A program made the translations under genes and the position numbers. This document shows, in pieces, positions 1 to 5,468 of a DNA stretch of 8,009 bases. Numbering within the stretch: the first letter of the stretch is position 1; every line of letters begins with the position of its first letter. The DNA is from Elusimicrobiota bacterium (lineage in GTDB: Bacteria > Elusimicrobiota > Elusimicrobia > F11), in contig JBJXGI010000091.1 in NCBI GenBank assembly GCA_046153645.1, positions 1-8,009 of the forward strand. The letters run 5' to 3'. The notes beneath the pieces were generated by a model, which saw only the letters and a list, made by a program, of their open reading frames with translations, had not been told where the DNA came from and made no database searches.

Positions 1-354
1 GAGAGATTCAGCGCTGACCTGCATGTCTTGTCGCATGTGTCGTATGCCCACATGCCGCTGCTTGGCGAAAACAAATTGAAGAATTGGCGAGAAACGCTCA
101 GCACGGGGTGGGCAGTGCTGGGCAATCGCGGCCCGCGCGGCGGCGTGCATGACCCCAATTCAATCACCAACAGAATCCATCCACCCCACGATCGCTGGAA
201 CGGCTACATCGTGTACCAGGACAATCACGCGAAGCTCGTGGAGACTTTTCCCAACGTGACGCAAGTAGATGAACAAGGAAACACCGTGACGGAAGCCGCG
301 ATCACGTTTACGAAAGCCGTCATCAACGGACGACCGGAGTTTCAGCACGATTGA
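1..354 (+). CDS. 5'-truncated gene; C-terminal part of a probable Planctomycetota prepilin-type / DUF1559-like (H-X9-DG-related) protein
   Basis: Frame 1 is open from base 1 (ERFSADLHVLSHVSYAH...), so the TTG start at 28 is an edge artefact. The motifs SYAH...W...AVLGNRGP...IH...WNGYIVYQDNHA resemble the C-terminal H-x(n)-N/Y-x-x-F/Y-x-D-G/N-H signature of these proteins. GC-rich codon usage. The N-terminal pilin motif is not in the window. Confidence 0.55.
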   Translation, partial: ERFSADLHVLSHVSYAHMPLLGENKLKNWRETLSTGWAVLGNRGPRGGVHDPNSITNRIHPPHDRWNGYIVYQDNHAKLVETFPNVTQVDEQGNTVTEAAITFTKAVINGRPEFQHD

Positions 355-484
355 CGAAGCGACTGGTCGGCGGCGCTGTTGGGGTTGATCGCCGCGGGTT
401 GCCACCGCGCGGCTGATTGTCAAACGTTACTGTTGCTCACGGTGACATCTGACTTCTGCAGAATGCTTCGTTCTTTTTCGTTCG

Positions 485-526
485 TTCTGCTTTCTGTTTT
501 CTGCTTTTCGACTTCTGCTTCCTGTC
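485..526. repeat. Imperfect heptamer tandem repeat (TTCTGCT-like) x6 in a pyrimidine-rich tract
   Basis: Units read directly: ttctgct ttctgtt ttctgct tttcgac ttctgct tcctgtc. Confidence 0.8.
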
Positions 527-527
527 C

Positions 528-755
528 ATGGGCTGGGTCGGCCCCGAACACCCCATGAATTCCTCGGGAGATATTGGGGTAGCGGCCGAAGGCGGCGCAA
601 AATGCGGCGCAGTTTCCCCCAAGCTTGACCCCAAACCGCCCCCGGCGACGACCTCCGATCCGGACCTGTCGGCGGTGATCGGCGCTTGGCCGAACCTGCC
701 ACGGGCCATACGCGCCGGCATTCTGGCGATTGTAAACGCAACTCATGGAGGATAA
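528..755 (+). CDS. Small hypothetical protein or ORF remnant with a 'DPDLxxVxxAWPxLPxAIRAGILA' motif
   Basis: 75-aa ORF with GGAKCGA and DPDLSAVIGAWPNLPRAIRAGILAIV. I recall this motif from small planctomycete hypothetical proteins near integrase genes and element ends (not verified). No clear RBS. Confidence 0.45.
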   Translation: MGWVGPEHPMNSSGDIGVAAEGGAKCGAVSPKLDPKPPPATTSDPDLSAVIGAWPNLPRAIRAGILAIVNATHGG

Positions 756-1036
756 AAGGAATCATGAGCGTGGACATTCCAAACGACGCACGCAACACGA
801 ATCGTCCGGATGGAGCGAATGACTGACTTCCGATTCGGTTGATCAGCTTGAGGCCTGCAATGACCAGGAACGGGAGGACGCCTACCGCCGCAAGGTGAAT
901 CGCGCGGCTACATCGGAAGAGTGCATCGAGATCTTCCGCAACTTGTACCTCCTAGCAATAGCCCGATAATAACTTCTGTTAAAAAAGGAATTTTTTTAGA
1001 CATGAGATACAAAAATAACGCATAAACAGCGTGTTT

Positions 1037-1513
1037 TCAAGCTGTTTCTTCAGCTTCTTTGGCTTTATTTTTGGAAGCGATGCGTAAATCAATAACTTGT
1101 TTGATTCTCGATTGAATATCAGGAATCCGTTTTGAAAGGCGAGTCATAGAGTCGTGGGTTAAAATAATTAACTCCGCTCCGTCAGAGCCTGCTGTGGCAG
1201 TGGCTGTTGCGGAGGTAGGCGTAAGAAGTGAAATTTCTCCAAAATAGTTATTGGTATTGAGCTCGGCCAAATTAATTTTTGACCCTTTGCTTTTTGTGGT
1301 GATTGAAACAGATCCTTTTGAAATAATAAAAAGACGATTGGCAATTTCTCCTTGAAATAGGATAGTGCGGGCGGGCTCAAAAGTTTGCTTCTGTAAGGAG
1401 AATAAAATGTCTTTTAATTCATCTTCAGAAACGCCCGAGAGGAAATCAATTTTTTTTAAGATTTCTAAAGCGGAAACATAATCTTTTGGATTTAAATCAA
1501 CTGCGTTTGACAA
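1037..1513 (-). CDS. Stand-alone cyclic nucleotide-binding (cNMP/CAP_ED) domain protein, ~158 aa
   Basis: LKKIDFLSGVSEDELKDI...ILFQGEIANRLFIISKGSVSI...YFGEISLL matches the cNMP fold. No C-terminal Crp HTH. Start moved from GTG 1567 to the in-frame TTG at 1513, which follows GGAGG with a 5-nt spacer. Confidence 0.9.
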   Translation of the reverse strand: MSNAVDLNPKDYVSALEILKKIDFLSGVSEDELKDILFSLQKQTFEPARTILFQGEIANRLFIISKGSVSITTKSKGSKINLAELNTNNYFGEISLLTPTSATATATAGSDGAELIILTHDSMTRLSKRIPDIQSRIKQVIDLRIASKNKAKEAEETA

Positions 1514-1616
1514 AATATCCTCCGTTAAAATGGTAAAACTGCTCTTAGGCTTAAAATAAATATACACGTTTGAGAAATAATAACAAGAGGATATTTTAAA
1601 AACACATTGGATTCTT

Positions 1617-2276
1617 ATGATCTTTCTTCTTTATCATAGCCCTACAGAAACAGGCGGCCTTATTTTGGAGGCCTTAAGGAATTTAAACCTTCCTTTTCAA
1701 GAAATTTACCTTTTTAAGGGAGACCCTCTTCCTTCTATTAATGAGGTTTCCGGTCTTGTTGTCATGGGCGGCCCGATGAATGTCTATGAGGAAGAAAAAT
1801 ATTCTTTTTTAGCGCAGGAAACAGATCTCATTCGGGGAATTATTTCTATGAATAAACCTGTTTTGGGAATTTGTTTGGGTTCTCAACTGATCGCCAAGGC
1901 CTTAGGTGCCAAAGTATTCAAAAATCCTGTTAAAGAAGTGGGCTGGCACCCTATTGAGTGGAATGGTTCTCAAATAACTGTTCTTCACTGGCATGGTGAT
2001 ACCTTTGATCTTCCTCTGGGTTCCACTTTATTGGCTTCTTCGATTCATTGCAAAAACCAAGCTTTTAAATTAAGCGACCACACACTCGGCCTTCAATTTC
2101 ATTTGGAAGCAACACCTGAAATGATTAAAAATTGGTGCGTGGATGATGCTCAGTACATTTTATCGGCGAGTGAAAACGCTGAAAAAATTGTTTCTCAAAC
2201 AAACACTTTTTATCCGGCTTTAAAAATAATCGCCAATGAATTTTTCTCAACTTATTTAAGGAAAGCCTATGCTTGA
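1617..2276 (+). CDS. Class I (type 1) glutamine amidotransferase, GMP-synthase-GATase-like stand-alone protein
   Basis: VMGGPMNVYEE, nucleophile elbow GICLGSQLIA (Cys), HWHGDTFDLP and QFHLE (His-x-Glu of the catalytic triad). Confidence 0.93.
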   Translation: MIFLLYHSPTETGGLILEALRNLNLPFQEIYLFKGDPLPSINEVSGLVVMGGPMNVYEEEKYSFLAQETDLIRGIISMNKPVLGICLGSQLIAKALGAKVFKNPVKEVGWHPIEWNGSQITVLHWHGDTFDLPLGSTLLASSIHCKNQAFKLSDHTLGLQFHLEATPEMIKNWCVDDAQYILSASENAEKIVSQTNTFYPALKIIANEFFSTYLRKAYA

Positions 2277-3171
2277 ACAGCCCCATAAAAGTGGCTACAT
2301 CGCTATTGTTGGAAGACCCAATGTGGGAAAGTCATCTTTAATGAATGCTCTTTTAGGCACCAAACTCGCGATTGTTTCCCCAAAACCACAGACAACACGG
2401 GAATCCATTCTCGGCATCCTATCAACAAAAAACGAACAGCTCATTTTTCTTGATACCCCCGGATGGCTTAAACCCGTGGACCAAGTGCAGTCTTATATGA
2501 AAAAAGCAATTTTTAAGTCTTTGTATGACGATGCTGACGTTGTTTTATGGTTATTGGAAGCCAAAGAATTAACCGAAGATGAAAAATTAATCGCCCAAAC
2601 ATTAGGCAAAATTCCCCAGCCTGTTTTTATTGTGATCAATAAAATTGATTTACATTTTAATGAAGAGATCGTTAAAAGAATATCTGAAGAAATTAATGTT
2701 ATGTTGGGGGGGAAGTTGGCTAAGTTTCTCCGCGTATCGGCTCTTATTTTAAAAGGAATTCCTGAACTTCGTAACCAACTGCTGCAATCTTTGCCTGAGG
2801 GGCCCGCTTTTTATCCGAAAGATCAGGTCACTGACCGTTGGGAACGTTTTTATGTGTCAGAACTTATTCGAGAAAAAATTTTTGACATATATAAAGATGA
2901 AATTCCTCATGCCAGTGCCGTACTGGTTGAAGATTTTGTTGAAAATAAAGGCCGCAAAGATGTGATCAAAGCAGTTATTCTGGTTGAAACACTGAGTCAA
3001 CAAAAAATTCTGGTTGGAAACAAAGGCTCAGCCATAAAAAATTTAGGCCAAAAAGCGCGCAAAGAAATTGAAGACCGCCTCGGTCGACCTGTTTACTTGG
3101 AATTGGTTGTTAAAGTGCGCCCCAAATGGCGACAAGACTCAGGGTTTCTAAAAACGCTCTTGGAGAGATAA
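2269..3171 (+). CDS. era: GTPase Era
   Basis: SGYIAIVGRPNVGKSSL (G1), PKPQTTR (G2), DTPG (G3), NKID (G4), SELIREK..EIPH, and a type II KH domain with VGNKGSAIK. 300 aa. Overlaps the upstream gene by 8 nt. Confidence 0.98.
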   Translation: MLEQPHKSGYIAIVGRPNVGKSSLMNALLGTKLAIVSPKPQTTRESILGILSTKNEQLIFLDTPGWLKPVDQVQSYMKKAIFKSLYDDADVVLWLLEAKELTEDEKLIAQTLGKIPQPVFIVINKIDLHFNEEIVKRISEEINVMLGGKLAKFLRVSALILKGIPELRNQLLQSLPEGPAFYPKDQVTDRWERFYVSELIREKIFDIYKDEIPHASAVLVEDFVENKGRKDVIKAVILVETLSQQKILVGNKGSAIKNLGQKARKEIEDRLGRPVYLELVVKVRPKWRQDSGFLKTLLER

Positions 3172-3209
3172 AACCTCGGTACCGTGCCTTTCTTCCGATA
3201 CAAAAAGTG

Positions 3210-3258
3210 TTGCGCATTAAAATAAGGCGGGTTATAATAATTTAAATTATACCAGGAG
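3210..3258 (+). promoter_or_regulatory. Sigma70-type promoter and RBS of the toxin-antitoxin operon
   Basis: TTGCGC (3210-3215), 17-bp spacer, TATAAT (3233-3238). Perfect palindrome ATAATTTAAATTAT at 3237-3250. AGGAG at 3254-3258, 7 nt before ATG 3266. Confidence 0.75.
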
Positions 3259-3265
3259 AAATAGA

Positions 3266-3604
3266 ATGGAGACCATGACAGCAAAAGCAGTCACTCAGGA
3301 ATTAAGTCACCGATTTGGAAATCATTCCGGTTTAGCTCGAGTTATGAAAGTAAATCGTGCCGCAATAGGTCGATGGATAAAAGGGTCTCAAAAACCAACG
3401 GGAGAAAATGAAGAAAAATTAATGGCTTTAGGATATGTGTTGGCCAAATTAGAGCGAATTTATCGCCCAGAGACAGCCACAAAGTGGCTCACTGCCAATA
3501 ATCCATTTCTTGGTCATCATACGCCTTTAGAATTTATTAGCGATGGCAGAATGTCCGAAGTTGATGTTGCAATAGAAGCTGCTTCAACGGGCGCTTATTT
3601 GTAA
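3266..3604 (+). CDS. Antitoxin with N-terminal Xre/Cro-like HTH and Xre/MbcA/ParS (DUF2384) toxin-binding domain
   Basis: HTH-like FGNHSGLARVMKVNRAAIGRWIKG. C-terminal A..WLTANNPFLGHHTPLEFISDGRMSEV. Stop and next start overlap (TAATG) with a RES gene. Confidence 0.9.
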   Translation: METMTAKAVTQELSHRFGNHSGLARVMKVNRAAIGRWIKGSQKPTGENEEKLMALGYVLAKLERIYRPETATKWLTANNPFLGHHTPLEFISDGRMSEVDVAIEAASTGAYL

Positions 3605-4179
3605 TGAAATTGTATCGTGTTTTTCCCTGGCATCAGGGGGTTCCTTTTTTCAAAGAAGGTGGTCCGTTATATGTCCCAAGAAAACGCCAAGGTTCTCAAC
3701 GGCATGATATTCCCGATCTTGATGGCGTTATTTATTCTTCCCAAATAGAGTTATCAGCTGTTGTTGAATCATTAAGTCAATTTAGTGGGTCTTCTCTCGA
3801 GAATGCTGATTTTATTTCTCCAACTGGCAATATCCTTTCATTGGCTACTTATGAACTAAGCGATTATTCTCATTTGATTAACTTGGATGATCCTAAAACA
3901 CTTTCAAAATTTAAACTCAGGCCTTCTGAGGTTATTACTCGGATTTATTCTGGAACAAGAAAAATGAGTGAACGATTTTGGCGGGAAGGGGCTATTGGGT
4001 TTATTTGGCCTTCTTCACAAGAAGCATCCTGGCCTAATGTAACTCTTTTTGAAAGCAGGGTCCGAAAATATTTAAAAGTTGTTGCCAATTCAATTCAACC
4101 GCTTCATGTTTCTCATAAAATTGTTATAGAAGCAGCTTTTCGATTAAAAATTAAACTGACCACCAGGGCAGGGCAATAA
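3604..4179 (+). CDS. RES-domain toxin (MbcT/ParT-like NAD+-consuming family)
   Basis: MKLYRV start, GSQRHD (Arg), VIYSSQ..SAVVE (Tyr, Glu), LINLDD, GFIWPS (Ser), NVTLF. Translationally coupled to the cognate antitoxin. Confidence 0.88.
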   Translation: MKLYRVFPWHQGVPFFKEGGPLYVPRKRQGSQRHDIPDLDGVIYSSQIELSAVVESLSQFSGSSLENADFISPTGNILSLATYELSDYSHLINLDDPKTLSKFKLRPSEVITRIYSGTRKMSERFWREGAIGFIWPSSQEASWPNVTLFESRVRKYLKVVANSIQPLHVSHKIVIEAAFRLKIKLTTRAGQ

Positions 4180-5389
4180 TATTTTTTTCGATTTGTTCTG
4201 CTTGAGGGAAATTGCCAATTACATATCCTATAGGAACGTTATATTCGGACATGAATTTCTTGAGGCCTTTCAATTTGAGATTGGTTGTTTTCGATGTCCA
4301 TTTGATTTCAATGGGAATGAGTTTTTCTTTTGTGTCTATTAAGAAGTCAACTTCCGCCCCAGAGTCGTCTCTCCAAAAATAAGCTTTTGTTGTGGGGGAG
4401 AAATAATCAATTCGTCTTAAAAATTCTAAAACAATCCCATGTTCAAAAAGTTTTCCAGGATCAACTTTCAATAAGTCTTTTGAAATGGGCAGTTCAGCCG
4501 CCGCATTTCTTACGCCGACATCAAAAAAGTAAATTTTTGAAGTTGTGGTTACTTTTTTTCGGGTATTTCTCGAATAAGCGGGGAGCGCAATGGCAACTAA
4601 GGTGTCAATTAAAAGTAAATAATAGGTTTTAATTGTATTCAGACTAAGTCCCACCTCTCTAGACAGTTTCTGAAAATTAGTTGTTTGCCCAGATTCGAGG
4701 GCCGCCAATTCTAGAAAGCGAGAAAAACCATCCAATGAACGAGTGAGTGCTTCTGCTTGAATTTCTTCTTTTAGATAGCCCAATGCGTAAGAACTTAGCA
4801 TTTGGGTTCTTTCTTTTTCAGGCAAAGTAAGAATTCCAGGTAAGCTGCCATAAATAAAAATATCTTCCCAGGGAAAAGGCCAGGTTACAGTCATATTTTT
4901 TCCCGTTCCTGAAAAATCAAATATATGTTGAGAATGTTTATGTCCTGATATTTCTTGCCATAGAAGAGGAGAGAGGTTTTTCATGTTAACTCGTCCAGGG
5001 AGAAGGTTGGTCGAGTGTCGTCTTAATTTTCTTGCTGAAGAACCCGTAATAAAAATTCTTACTTTCTCTTTATGCTCATCTAATATCCACTGACAGTCAT
5101 CTAGAATTCCAGGTAGTTTTTGTGCTTCGTCTAAAAATAGAATAAGTGGTTTTTTGGGACTTGCTCCTGAGAGTTTGAGCAATGCCTGTCTTTTGAATAA
5201 TCCGGGATCTTTAAGATAACTTTGAAATAATCCATACTCTTGAAGTCGAATATGCCAGAAAGGTTTTTCTCCAATGACATCTAAAATTAGTGTTGTTTTA
5301 CCCACCTGTCGAGGTCCCATGAGAAAAATACCTCCAGGTTTTGTTAGCTGTTGTTGCAATAATGGATCAATAGCGCGTTTAAATTTCAT
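4151..5389 (-). CDS. AAA_14 family ATPase with C-terminal DUF4143 domain, ~412 aa
   Basis: Walker A GPRQVGKTT, Walker B LFLDEAQK, ITGSS, LPGR, YGSLP, KIYFFDVG, GKLFE, YFWRDDSGAEVDFLI...PIEIK (PD-(D/E)xK-like). Start moved to ATG 5389 (MKFKR...) because the longer 5488 start overlaps the neighbouring gene and runs through the palindrome. Confidence 0.93.
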   Translation of the reverse strand: MKFKRAIDPLLQQQLTKPGGIFLMGPRQVGKTTLILDVIGEKPFWHIRLQEYGLFQSYLKDPGLFKRQALLKLSGASPKKPLILFLDEAQKLPGILDDCQWILDEHKEKVRIFITGSSARKLRRHSTNLLPGRVNMKNLSPLLWQEISGHKHSQHIFDFSGTGKNMTVTWPFPWEDIFIYGSLPGILTLPEKERTQMLSSYALGYLKEEIQAEALTRSLDGFSRFLELAALESGQTTNFQKLSREVGLSLNTIKTYYLLLIDTLVAIALPAYSRNTRKKVTTTSKIYFFDVGVRNAAAELPISKDLLKVDPGKLFEHGIVLEFLRRIDYFSPTTKAYFWRDDSGAEVDFLIDTKEKLIPIEIKWTSKTTNLKLKGLKKFMSEYNVPIGYVIGNFPQAEQIEKNIIALPWWSV

Positions 5390-5395
5390 GGTATT

Positions 5396-5431
5396 AGTAT
5401 ACTGCATATTTTCCAGGAAAATATGCAGTAT
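5396..5431 (-). promoter_or_regulatory. Perfect 16-1-16 inverted repeat overlapping a putative -10 box (TATACT) upstream of the ATPase gene
   Basis: ATACTGCATATTTTCC-A-GGAAAATATGCAGTAT at 5399-5431. The minus-strand TATACT (5401-5396) lies 6 nt before ATG 5389. No Shine-Dalgarno. Confidence 0.75.
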
Positions 5432-5468
5432 CTTAAAAAGAGTGCTGTTAAGGGGTGAGGAGTTGCCA

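Noticed and set aside
391..413. GC-rich hairpin after the first gene as an intrinsic terminator
   Set aside because: The stem is short and ambiguous in GC-rich DNA, with no U-tract.
480..620. Intact tRNA gene
   Set aside because: Only a degenerate 3'-end-like 21-mer is present. No D-arm, anticodon arm or pairing 5' acceptor strand could be built.
160..798. Minus-strand ORFs 160-423, 420-746, 427-798 and 437-721
   Set aside because: They are shadow frames in GC-rich DNA, partly made by the heptamer repeat, with no recognisable motifs. They overlap better-supported plus-strand ORFs.
885..953. Minus-strand AGGAGG plus TTG start near the junction
   Set aside because: The frame closes after about 19 codons and straddles the compositional break. 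It is probably chance, or an RBS orphaned by the join.
1617..2276. guaA (GMP synthase) call
   Set aside because: Only the ~220-aa GATase domain is present, with no ATP-pyrophosphatase domain in or beside the gene.
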